Virus record (IMG/VR): IMGVR_UViG_3300046171_000284
Coordinates: 6,908-70,907 of that record
Direction: 5' to 3' (one strand)
Origin: a virus
DNA: 64,000 nt
Positions 41,301 through 48,967 of this stretch are shown here, in pieces. The stretch's first letter is position 1. Every line of letters begins with the position of its first letter. Both the position numbers and the translations under genes were made by a program. The notes under the pieces were generated by a model. It searched no databases and had not been told where the DNA came from. It was given only the letters and a program-made list of their open reading frames with translations.

Positions 41301-44300
41301 AGATTAATACTAAAACTAAAAGACAAATCATCGGAGCAGTTCCCGGATTCCAAAAAGTTGACCCTAAAGCCTCCGAAATGATGGTTAATTGGAAGAGGGG
41401 TGCTACCCTGAAAAGAGTGCCGAAGGGCGGTACAGGGTGGGCAGTGTTCTATGCCATCGATGCGTACTACCAAAAAACTAAAAACTTTAGAATTCAAAAA
41501 CCTGATATAAATATTTGGGATGAAACTACCGAACAATGGTACACATTCGACTTTTCATTAGGTGATTTTGTAGTTTCTAGTGGAGGAACACCTGTAATAC
41601 TTGAGGGCAGACCTGTCGCATTGATAGGTACTCGTGGTATGTACACGGGCGAAGACGATTATGAAAAATCTAGGGCTTTAAAATTGAGGACTAGATCTGC
41701 ACTTGAGGAAGTTTTTATAAAAACATTCCCTGATCAGGGTAACCACTTATTAAACACCCAAGCATTGCGTATTAGTTTAGTTGAAAACGAGGACGGCAGT
41801 TCGTATGAGTTTGATGTAAGTACCACTGATGGAAGAGACCCCCTGTCCATAAAAATAATACAGCTTCAAAAAGCTTTAGATCTTTTAGACTCCGTCCCTT
41901 ATACATTTCTTAACGATCAAAAAGACCCTGTAGAAGACAGCTTTGTTTCTTCCCGATCTAGTCAGCTCACTGTAACCAATAAATTAAGTACTGACTCATC
42001 CATAGACCCAAAGAACGAGACTAATAAGACTTTTTCAGGTGCTACCGCTCAGGGCGGTTTACCGTCAAAAGTTTTAGGTAAAGATTGGTCAGACATAATT
42101 AGGGCGGTTAAAAGGTCTAACGGCACTCTCAATAACAACTCAGTACCTACAGTTATTGAGATATTTAGAGAATTTCCCGAAATGCCTTGGGCTTTTAAAT
42201 CTGCATTAGAGAAAGACATTACTAAGATTCAGAACGGATCTATTGCCTACGAAGAAAAACAGATAGCTGAGGAGTTGGACAGAAGGGAAAAAGAAGGCAT
42301 TAAACCTGCCCCAAAAAAGAAAAGCGAATATCCAAATGTTAAGGATTATTACAAAGCTAACCGTCCTTGGGAAAACTCACAGGAACGCATTAGCACCCAC
42401 AGAAACAGAATCAGACATTACCAATTTACAATTGAACAGATACTAGAAAACATACGCCTTGCCGATGTTGCCATTGAGCATTTTTCAGACAAGGAGACAT
42501 TGAAGAAAAGGTTAGATACAAAATTAATATCGAATCACTTAGGCAGATCTGATTATCAGACCTCCGTTTACTCTGCAATAATGACTAAGCTGAACAAGGT
42601 GTTCGGCATTGCATCTTCTCAAATAGGCGCGACTTTATCTAATCGCTACCCTAGAGCAAGCGGAGACTCTAATCTATCAACAATCGACCCCGAAGAATCT
42701 GCAATCGACCAATCTTTCCAAAGACTCCAAAGGTTGACGGGCATGACTAGTATGATGCACTCCACGGAAATTGAGGATGCGTGGGCAGAACAGCATGGAA
42801 AACAGGAGGAATGGGGTTTCACACCAAGTACAGACGGGGATAAAGATATTGAAAGTTTTGGCGGTCTAGCAGGTGAAGGTCCGGGTACGCCCTTAAAAGA
42901 TGCTCAGGACAGTGCTAGGGCGATGAACTTAGAAAGATCGTCTAGGGACTTTAAGAAAAAGCCGGAGGGTTGGAAAAATGAAGGCAATTTCGGACAGGAG
43001 GTAATAACTAAAATCATGGAAAATGCTACTAGTCCTGAAGAAATTCAGACTTATGTAGAATTTCTCCTAGAAAGAGGTATTTGGTATGAGGTTGTCCCAT
43101 CGATGCCGACAAAAAGCGGTAAGCAACTGTATCAGGTACAACAGATTCATACACTTTGGGATCACGGGAAAAATGCTGACTGGATTGATTCTCAGTATGA
43201 GACTTGGCTCGGCATGTCCGACAGTGGTCAGAAAAACTATTTTACCAAGTTAGCTAAGGATAAAACACTAGAAAAACCTTTCGTCATTTGGCTACAGAAC
43301 CATTTCAATCTTCGCAAGAAGATCCGTGACACTGCACAGTTTGATAAACACGGACCTTTCGACCCTAAGACCGGGCAGAACACGCTACGCCCGATCAGTT
43401 TGTCCGAAATAAACAAACGACTTAAGGAGAACACTCAAAGACTCACAAAATATCTCGTTTCTAATATTAAATCAAAAGAGCTAAGAGAGATAATGGATGA
43501 GTTGATTTCTTTAAGAGAAAAACTGCCCGAATACTCGCTTGCATCTGATGGCACTCCTGATCAATTAATACGCCAAGCTAAAAAGAAAGGTCAGTTAGGC
43601 GGAATAAACGCTCGGATTAAAGCTTTAGAAAAAAGGTATGACAGCTTGTTGTCTCAAGAAACTAAATGGGAGACAAACCCTGATTTTAAAGCACCTCCTC
43701 AAAAAGAATTTGTTCCGGGCTATGTCGCTCCAACTGAGGATGCTATTGCTAGGTTCATACAAAAGGTAAATGCTCGTGCTGAGAAGGAAAAACTTGGGTC
43801 TTGGTTGCAGATTCAAGCTCTCATGGAAAAAGGGATTCCGGGTGGAGTCGAAGCTGACCGCGCATTCGACTTAGCTTTAGTAAGGAATGTTTACTTCCTT
43901 TTCGGGGAGGGGAAGGTAAAAGAGCTTTTATATAATGGACTACACGATTTTAGAGCTTCCCGCGGTCATGATCAGATCCTAATCGATCTTGATGCTAATA
44001 AAAACAAGAGAAATACACCTTCCCCTAGCCGTGAGCGTCAAGCTACTTCAAACAGAGCTCCGGGTGTGGATGAGCGCGGTCGCTACGATGAGCAGGTAGC
44101 CCGTGTTAAATTTTACAATTGGGCGTTCCGAGAAGAGTTGGATGCCGTTGGTATTGAGCCGAGAGAGTATGATGAAGTATTAGATAAAAGGTATTATTTT
44201 AAAAATCTAGACAGCGATAAACTTGAGTGGGATGTAAGTACAGAAAACCCCGTGGAAGAGTACTTTCAGGCGACTATGGCACTGTCTAATTTCGTACACT

Positions 44301-47300
44301 CTACTAATTATGTTACCCCTGAATTTCTAGATAAACTAGGCATACCGCAAGAAGTTCTAGGAACGGGTTACAAAAAAGTCGGCTCAATCGTGGAGGCTTT
44401 TGAAACAGTGACTCAGAGTAGTGACCTTACGGGTTATGAAATGTCTCCTGAAGCTAGAACAATGATGAGCACGGTAGAGTCTCTTAGGGATCGACTTTAT
44501 AAGTCAAAGGAAGCTCTTAATGTTAGCGGTGCTGATGGTCGCTCAGGGTTTTATATCTCCCCTAGGTTGCTCGCGAACGCTTTGTGGAACTCAGGCGAGA
44601 GTGTTGCTCGTCAGGTATATCCTGACTACAAAAGAGATCAAAGGGGTGAGTTAATGAAAAGCTTTGAAGATGTCGGGCTCGCCTCATTTCAGACAGATAC
44701 GGAACTAGCAAACTTCATATCCCGTGATATGGCAGGGCTACCTCAAGGATTTATTACCGATGAGATAATTGGTCGACCTGATTTATTAGAAGAGATGACA
44801 GGAGGGTCTAATCCAAAAATGTCGTTTGATCAGTTCGTTCATAAGTACGGCAAGCCTAAACTTCTTAAAAAAGCTAGGGAAGAAATTGCAAAGATTAGGT
44901 TCATGACAAAAGGTTCTAGTTCTGCAAATACTTCTAATGCCGTACTTGTAAACGGCGGTGCTTTTACTGAGCGTGTCAGAATGAATAATATACCCGCTGA
45001 GGTGTACATCGACATGATGCTTACATTGATTAATTCTAACCCTAATATGTTCTTACAAGATGTAAACTCTTCTGATAATGCGGGTGCTAGAGTTGGTGTA
45101 AATAAAGATTTTAGTTTAGGGATGTTAAATGAATTGATCTTAGCATCTTTTATTCAACCGAGCACAAGGGATTCAAAAGCTATGTCCTACAGAATGGCAT
45201 CGGATGAAAACATCACAGCACACGCCACTACGACTGCTCAGCTTATTATAGACGGTAGACGCACTGCTACCACACGCACGGAAGCTCTTGGTAAGCCCGG
45301 TGAGCTCATACGGATAAGCGGAGTACCGGGCGTGTTTAGAGTCACAGGTGTTGAACAGGTTACTAAAGCAAAATCCAAAGACAAAAATTTTGTAGCCGAG
45401 TGGTCACGAAAAGAGGGTTGGACGACTGAGTATTTTCAAAAAAATATTAAAGATATTGAAGGCAAGACTCAAACTACTTTTGAGCCAATATCCAACTATT
45501 GGGACATTTTTAAGAATAAAGATGGGATGTGGAACAACTCACTCCTTCAGCTTGGTTTTGTACTTATGTACGATAGGCAGGGTGGTTTAAACCTGAAAGA
45601 GTTAAATGAAGGCGAGTTCAGAGGTTCTGAAAGTGCAGACTTTCAATTCTTGGGAGCGGGTGGAAAAACAACCGTTGACCCTGCCTTGTTGGATCAGATT
45701 GTCATGAAGGGTGTTGAGGCAATGCAGAACGACTTAGTAAACCCTGATGTAGTTAACACAAGAAATACTCAGGAAGATGTCATCGACACCGATCTTGACA
45801 GTATGGATACTATGGATCTGTCTGCTCCCGGCGCACTTCGACAATCTTTTGATAAGTGGGTAACACAAGATATCATAAAAGGAGACCCTCAAAACAGAGA
45901 ACGGGCTCGCGAGAAATTTAGAGAAAACGAGATAGACAGAAGAGATGTAGTAGGTCGGATTAGACACGGGTTCCATAAAAGAATGGTTAACTCTTACTAC
46001 GAGTTGGAAGAAATGGTTGAGCTGATGATGATCGACCTAAAGAAAGCTAACCCAACTATGTCTCAGTCTGATATTGATAGGCTAAAAGTAGATCAAAGAA
46101 TCAGAACATATAATGGTAAAACAGGTGTTGCTTTAGACAATGCTAAATCGACATATGAGATGCCGTTCATGGATAAGGTTTCGGACATAAATGACCCCGA
46201 CCCATTGAAACTAGTTGGTGACTATTGGTATGCGAGGTACGCAAAAACCCGTAATAATAACATATACAGGAAAAGAGCAAAATCAGGACTGTCTTTAGGC
46301 AACCACTATGGAGCAGACTACGGCTCAGGTATGAACAACTCTACCGCCGATCAAATTTTATTTAAAGTACAGAACCACCCTGACTTTAAGAAGATTCAGG
46401 ACATAACAAAAGATTTTGACAAGATGAACCAAGACACACTGAAAGTGTTGGTTCAAGGCGGTGTACTTCCCCAAAGACAGTACGACAGCATTGTGCATGA
46501 CGCTGTCGATGAGAATGGAAATTGGGTGTGGGCTCCGCTAAGAGGTTTTGAAAAAGACTACGCTGAAGATTACCCAACAGGCTTAGACGGAATAATTGAC
46601 TCAGTTGACAGCAGTGTACTTGAGAAGGGGGCGGGTACAGGATCAGGTTTTGCACAAACTAAAGGTCAGTATGCGCTAGCACATGCGTTCGGAAGAACTA
46701 ACATGGCAAACTCTTACGAGATTTGGGGCAACGCTTTTAAAGCACACTCCGAAGCAATTGTACGAGCCAATAAGAATACCGAAACAGCACAGTCACTACT
46801 ATCATTGTTAACTGAAATATCTAACAACAAAGAAACCTACTCCGATTGGAATAATGTTTTTGAGATAATTGACTCACGCGACCCTAATTTTAAGGATCGA
46901 TTCCCCTCAAAGATCGTACCTTTCCTTTCTTCTGACAGCAGGTTTAGCAGTATGGGACTCCCTGAGTACGAAACAACTCAGCTAAAAGAAGTCAGAGCTA
47001 ATGAACTAGACTTAGACTTAAATAATGAGATATTTACAGTACGGGTAGAAGGCGAACCTGTTTACATACGCTTCAAAGGTGAGGTCGGTCGGAACATCGT
47101 TACCTCATTAAAAGGTTCTGAAAACGCCAAGCTCGGTCCTTTCCTGAAAGCAATGCGCGGTATCAGCGGATTCTTCTCGGCGGTCTACACAGTTTGGAAT
47201 GTTAGTTTTATATTTAGTAATGCGATCAGGGATATTATGTCCGCATCCTTAAACTTAGGTTCATCTGAAAGCACACGGACTGTGGCTAATAAAGTTTTAG

Positions 47301-48967
47301 ATATGCGTTCACTTTTCAGAAACGCACAGGTCATGTACAAACTCTCCCGCGAGAGAAGGGTTGGCGGTTTAACTACGGGCATACTTAACGACACGGATAA
47401 AGCGTTTTATAAAAGAGTGTCCAAACAGTTGATGGTTGATCGCAATAGTGTAAGCGAGTCAGATTTAAATAAATTATTGAATAGTGTTGAAATGACATCG
47501 CTACTCTTTCAAGACGCAGGGGGGCAGATTGAGTTTTACGGCATGGAAGATGTTGAAACTAAAACTCAAGATATATTTAATTCTATTCAAAAACTTCAGA
47601 CAAAAGGTTCCAACAAGAAGGCAGATGTAAATTTATTTAAATCTTTTGTAAGCCTTATCAACGATATGAACACGGGGGTTGAGAATGCCACACGGGTTCA
47701 AGCGTTTAAGGTTTTATTGCAAGGCGGTGCGTCAGTTCAGGAGTCGGCTTTTAAAGGCGGTAGGGAGGGTACGGTAGACTTCACTAGAAAAGGGACATGG
47801 ACGAACTACTTTAATGCGTTCTTCCCTTTCTTTGGGGCAGGTATCGCGGGTAACGCAAGAATGGTAAGAGCGTTATTTTACGGATCTGAGGGTGAGAGTA
47901 GGTCAGCAAAAGCGAAGATTGCTAAAAGCATCATCGGATTTGGATTTTTGTATTCTCTTCTAGCTAGGACATACGCAGGTGAGGATGAGGAAACAGAAGA
48001 ACAGCATTGGGACCGCTTATCTGATTTTCAGAAGTCTCATAATATAAATATATTTACAAAACCGGGCGGTGTTGGAGAGCATTTCAGCATACCGCTTCCG
48101 TATGGTTGGAATATACTGTACGGGCTAGGTGCAAGAGGTGCTGATGTAGCAATGAGTACTGCGGGAAAAACTGACCGAGAGTACGGCATTACGGAAGCAA
48201 GTGCAGGTGTTGCATCCATGTTAATTGACACATTCCACCCAATGAGTGGCGGTCATGGAATAACTAAGTTTATACCGCACCTACCAAGAGGATTTGTTGA
48301 AATTTCTGAAGAAAAGAACTTTTTAGGAAACCCGATTATGCCCGGTCAAAGTCCGTTCGGCGCTGAAAAACCTGACCACCAAAGGTATTGGAGCACTGTT
48401 AACCCTATAAGTAAGGATTCTACTAGATTAATAAACAGAATAACAGGAGGAGATGATTTTGTATCGGGAATAATAGATGTATCCCCTGAGTCTGTAGATC
48501 ATGCAATTAACTATTATACAGGTACGATGGGTCGTAATTTGTGGGGCATAGCAGGTATGATGTATGACGGCAGTAATACAAACAATGTGGGTAAATATAA
48601 AACCCTCCCCGTCCTACCTCGCTTATTCAAACTAGAAACTGACGACTACTCAACAGAGGGCAGATTTCTAGACCTACAAAAAGAAGTAAAAGTTAGGACA
48701 AATCGCATAAAGAAACTTGAAGCACGGGGGGATAGGGCGGAAGCATCTCAGTTCAAAAGACTAGACAGTGACTACATTAGAATTCAAAAACTGTTATCGA
48801 GATACCAATCTAGAGTTTCATTTACTGCGAGAAAAATAGCGGAGTTGAGGCGTAAGAAGGCTAGTCCTGAGAAATTACAACAGCTTGAGTCTAAACTTAA
48901 AAGTGCGAGAATTAAAGACATGGCTCTAATCCTTAAAAAAGCTAGGCAACTCGGTATATCAACATGA
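32312..48967 (+). CDS. 5551-aa polyvalent (likely injected) protein: zincin peptidase, nucleotidyltransferase, RecD/Dda-like SF1 helicase, SLOG-like, ASCH-like and LPD38-like domains
   Basis: HEGGH (34958); LTGSLAL...HDLDY (about 37680-37760); GYAGTGKT (38489), DEAS, GDPGQ, TLHRSQG, YVGASRA; SGLALGSD...GGTGWAV (about 41000-41450); IIDGRRTATTR (about 45250); C-terminal ENATR...VDFTRKG...FFPFF...IPLPYG. Confidence 0.8.
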   Translation: MSLFEEEVFRDPLAKGDDKVFDLGFDLGDPPKNTYGIGQPQQPQIGEYEPTYDPVEGPQPDPANEPVYRDYLAFKDNLGRVGSELTDFNYRSSSSNKRYDSFFDEKLPSIYSDLTGYEMPDNVSKANRKTLLEDLENQYSDAERKVLKGNENFLGLGEDEAFEQAKAFATPERKKLIGSLRKEHDRLELERDEYARRAYEKRMERDRMLEQRSQVPHIIRAEAEEWAKRERSLLASGTKKNKLSYEQIQQKLDARYRSVDPFGGMLDKSELSSSERVEARKALELLSWSKKETDSFRGQGGIVSNNGFVNGYPVGLTGAEREALEVADLRKAGITTYKGKPIEEALEALGGQEKVEALTAISSTLKLHTAYTNAGVELWSKWNQEGHEERQAEYDMAQSAVQRALGNAGAMGLTNDIVRRNPSAWWFDHMLNASKRGWDRTDGTPRNIARIIAGDGGIDRSALSKVVEASQLERQSPRSKDYDNYMNALHNKGGSKGFYDAFLTLTDDKQWKGSAMTVLTEMMVESLASLIPLVANNIKDAGIPVLGASLLESFLTKKPNKTLLKILGRNAGLAIKGSYGVASFQLGYIGKLLEDMSELGVDINNPDHMLSAWNNPEINERLRRRARNYAGGLAFFEMLGVGLMGRASKLLNGPTKFLGKTSLGKYALAPAIKSTAELGLDMGTGMASEYAGFVLSKDPGEKTPYDDILIEGAAELGPGIVSTGINFATPQLGDMWKSSTPRKPQDIVDDGTGNETQVLTDPVSDPNRSGIVTSTQTYKGMEFEATSYSNLEAFDDNFVTDIKNATGVELDANDSLAVKAFVANGIFRPDSAISPDKVDFFFGSLPDQAPGRYINEGNGRVLIAIDPVRAKELGFTVAETFIHEGGHFAEDFILGEGEVQGFWDELTDEQKKRNALEYATLARPDGPATDVTQLNENEKAVYEYLLDNEKKNRSEWLTLQIARVLRGDVDKEGFPPGLWSGIQKIIMFFRSSIEKMFGSEDLAPNSKEAKAEMDQYLYEVLMEGKKARSGTEAVASPQPTATAPEPTIISDGFDVDSETGDLTPVDPTKPNESARQQGINITREGDEAKFLLSPRQQDAIKVRIKRGEDPEKIIKWAVKNTKKPEGVVRSYVESVLKEGGIQKPKGPAVAEKPKKASDPKPESEPVQSEPKPKAEPQAETEPQAEPQAETPKFKPLGDAEKRAIAKNVREGMKKGLSPKSITDDLLKKDTKNQYDPKEVRAYVIRVVDYDKKKASETPIAPDPPKETFKPFTEETKKKLAPRIRDGIKKGFSASQIADVFIKQNKGKYDPKEIKAYIQRVIDYDKNKSEPKTEPKPKPKPKPKPKDEIPEIAPDDPEFIRLFKLEEKAIEEARANYDLWQDGKITDEEMDASQARAKEAEKATYDYIMSKKNKPKDEGVDLGKATVKFTKAELQELVDGGMTVAEAKKTLIAKYAKDAKVTKTEPKPKIDIQKFYDLYDQAFVNANAPSFSNEGKLSKSQVIQKVLMDNIENIPAEDFAYVEQALIKRSQQGQQEFDLSAPGTIIPTLGDKKAQQVRGSVRGVLNFLEEFNVSVEEADNFLVDLSAKKLVVNFDPKNVDKLSDALAQSVATLISGTDLYRQFSYDVVGRDAKKSKAFYEEQTKRFQNFYKENFSDTPYNEWITTKDARTTWYNFGRQVYKDMIVGVLGGNILEKISKDIQLPKSYIQKIKDFVKGLFSKLSGVNTEELSKYLRGVTKDAFLGNTSPYTIKGSQIRKDISYDNIYNTDYALNAFKHAGDVVKKLTKDSRFALTGSLALASKGLVYRPKGEPVHDLDYAFDGSQEELVKAMEKLLPNALPRRAFKSSSGVLNAPYIIPEEGFRVEEVSNGKLKWYDLKTGKEVKSGAYVTSDFFIGAVTDEETFNYNWKTRNGSLVPIKFTRPGVIFDAKLGYSRKKDIFDYQQYTEDRDKLLSAKDRENKVGNLLKRSTFSDLSAPGGTPIREEFGVGGLANIRGSDYTKKFADTAEVMGHLTETFQEKLGDENFKFTQGQAHAINDIADVFGLGIDEYSGKPSNKYVLKGYAGTGKTTMVQALMQMMEIQNSANGGGARFVWTGFTNNVANMGKSVFDSATLDQRSGRFISGTSSSLFHSGQKDLDVSDRLGDFIKYSNEPIYVFVDEASLYPEPDIKKMVKYADHAFRTFEKDIRFVFLGDPGQIRNQRFSGKHNPLLKPDIPNTTLTEITRQSSGEILDFVTALRTLPEGNKAPAYPISSKGQVQVYGRKKQRDFDLSLHDAFKSNPKSTIALSYRNVDVVNNNALARRAVLGIDEKEIPSDKILKVLAKDLVNGERLNILETPKNDDLRKVEGLANGATFDVKNVRKQHGFDQNNGNSDFMLSLKKGGKVNLPASIYVADIYEPSNNKLVERDVPLLLIPASGKIKNGEKTTNYASSARKITVNSNAPKAVVDRINQGDYVVATFGYGVTLHRSQGLQYDNVFVNGLNEDIRPNQKGSYRAGADDNSRLLYVGASRATKKLHIQIPAVPNNRNINRQDNDLYAKTVGDKKIPTSYGWSWKQISNRVKYTDDEEYRNEPRDSDRFGPYDRENRDLSAPGGIFLPPGITPGSKPLSLDRNASKVTYTDKFSYMADLFQFADPNDPKFNNFLNSFVTDYVVPMAEQGRYFKYTPNMNQFYENPMGSIETTPDLMKVSFETYDDAPLRRRIYNRLSVGTTEEARQAMLDDMQRLRKGRILNLSLRNLAVSLMDPDFAQRDLPINSLKNEGLVPSLLDENIDVMNLQREDLRNHVKGYLNRLKQQKLSQDYKNSMLFHLKTLINAQISGKKSILQGRSIKTLKLASYMLKRSSTLDKEIFGAIGNADPKKSATENVAYFFDSLLDRNPNLPELDLKNLKVPNANKFNLTSGLALGSDSYFAELAELFGLDITHFVESAKKGHAFKKKPWAHGSATFPDLSNGSLLRAFENANTFYARAFQRDKSWDDKKNVLLKRNFYQIFPEVNKTGKINTKTKRQIIGAVPGFQKVDPKASEMMVNWKRGATLKRVPKGGTGWAVFYAIDAYYQKTKNFRIQKPDINIWDETTEQWYTFDFSLGDFVVSSGGTPVILEGRPVALIGTRGMYTGEDDYEKSRALKLRTRSALEEVFIKTFPDQGNHLLNTQALRISLVENEDGSSYEFDVSTTDGRDPLSIKIIQLQKALDLLDSVPYTFLNDQKDPVEDSFVSSRSSQLTVTNKLSTDSSIDPKNETNKTFSGATAQGGLPSKVLGKDWSDIIRAVKRSNGTLNNNSVPTVIEIFREFPEMPWAFKSALEKDITKIQNGSIAYEEKQIAEELDRREKEGIKPAPKKKSEYPNVKDYYKANRPWENSQERISTHRNRIRHYQFTIEQILENIRLADVAIEHFSDKETLKKRLDTKLISNHLGRSDYQTSVYSAIMTKLNKVFGIASSQIGATLSNRYPRASGDSNLSTIDPEESAIDQSFQRLQRLTGMTSMMHSTEIEDAWAEQHGKQEEWGFTPSTDGDKDIESFGGLAGEGPGTPLKDAQDSARAMNLERSSRDFKKKPEGWKNEGNFGQEVITKIMENATSPEEIQTYVEFLLERGIWYEVVPSMPTKSGKQLYQVQQIHTLWDHGKNADWIDSQYETWLGMSDSGQKNYFTKLAKDKTLEKPFVIWLQNHFNLRKKIRDTAQFDKHGPFDPKTGQNTLRPISLSEINKRLKENTQRLTKYLVSNIKSKELREIMDELISLREKLPEYSLASDGTPDQLIRQAKKKGQLGGINARIKALEKRYDSLLSQETKWETNPDFKAPPQKEFVPGYVAPTEDAIARFIQKVNARAEKEKLGSWLQIQALMEKGIPGGVEADRAFDLALVRNVYFLFGEGKVKELLYNGLHDFRASRGHDQILIDLDANKNKRNTPSPSRERQATSNRAPGVDERGRYDEQVARVKFYNWAFREELDAVGIEPREYDEVLDKRYYFKNLDSDKLEWDVSTENPVEEYFQATMALSNFVHSTNYVTPEFLDKLGIPQEVLGTGYKKVGSIVEAFETVTQSSDLTGYEMSPEARTMMSTVESLRDRLYKSKEALNVSGADGRSGFYISPRLLANALWNSGESVARQVYPDYKRDQRGELMKSFEDVGLASFQTDTELANFISRDMAGLPQGFITDEIIGRPDLLEEMTGGSNPKMSFDQFVHKYGKPKLLKKAREEIAKIRFMTKGSSSANTSNAVLVNGGAFTERVRMNNIPAEVYIDMMLTLINSNPNMFLQDVNSSDNAGARVGVNKDFSLGMLNELILASFIQPSTRDSKAMSYRMASDENITAHATTTAQLIIDGRRTATTRTEALGKPGELIRISGVPGVFRVTGVEQVTKAKSKDKNFVAEWSRKEGWTTEYFQKNIKDIEGKTQTTFEPISNYWDIFKNKDGMWNNSLLQLGFVLMYDRQGGLNLKELNEGEFRGSESADFQFLGAGGKTTVDPALLDQIVMKGVEAMQNDLVNPDVVNTRNTQEDVIDTDLDSMDTMDLSAPGALRQSFDKWVTQDIIKGDPQNRERAREKFRENEIDRRDVVGRIRHGFHKRMVNSYYELEEMVELMMIDLKKANPTMSQSDIDRLKVDQRIRTYNGKTGVALDNAKSTYEMPFMDKVSDINDPDPLKLVGDYWYARYAKTRNNNIYRKRAKSGLSLGNHYGADYGSGMNNSTADQILFKVQNHPDFKKIQDITKDFDKMNQDTLKVLVQGGVLPQRQYDSIVHDAVDENGNWVWAPLRGFEKDYAEDYPTGLDGIIDSVDSSVLEKGAGTGSGFAQTKGQYALAHAFGRTNMANSYEIWGNAFKAHSEAIVRANKNTETAQSLLSLLTEISNNKETYSDWNNVFEIIDSRDPNFKDRFPSKIVPFLSSDSRFSSMGLPEYETTQLKEVRANELDLDLNNEIFTVRVEGEPVYIRFKGEVGRNIVTSLKGSENAKLGPFLKAMRGISGFFSAVYTVWNVSFIFSNAIRDIMSASLNLGSSESTRTVANKVLDMRSLFRNAQVMYKLSRERRVGGLTTGILNDTDKAFYKRVSKQLMVDRNSVSESDLNKLLNSVEMTSLLFQDAGGQIEFYGMEDVETKTQDIFNSIQKLQTKGSNKKADVNLFKSFVSLINDMNTGVENATRVQAFKVLLQGGASVQESAFKGGREGTVDFTRKGTWTNYFNAFFPFFGAGIAGNARMVRALFYGSEGESRSAKAKIAKSIIGFGFLYSLLARTYAGEDEETEEQHWDRLSDFQKSHNINIFTKPGGVGEHFSIPLPYGWNILYGLGARGADVAMSTAGKTDREYGITEASAGVASMLIDTFHPMSGGHGITKFIPHLPRGFVEISEEKNFLGNPIMPGQSPFGAEKPDHQRYWSTVNPISKDSTRLINRITGGDDFVSGIIDVSPESVDHAINYYTGTMGRNLWGIAGMMYDGSNTNNVGKYKTLPVLPRLFKLETDDYSTEGRFLDLQKEVKVRTNRIKKLEARGDRAEASQFKRLDSDYIRIQKLLSRYQSRVSFTARKIAELRRKKASPEKLQQLESKLKSARIKDMALILKKARQLGIST

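Noticed and set aside
32722-48231. Antisense ORFs within the giant gene, and similar shadow ORFs elsewhere
   Set aside because: Short, motif-free mirror frames of long genes.
32312-48967. N4- or crAss-like virion RNA polymerase
   Set aside because: No convincing DxDxD double-psi or T7-type catalytic motif set was recognised.
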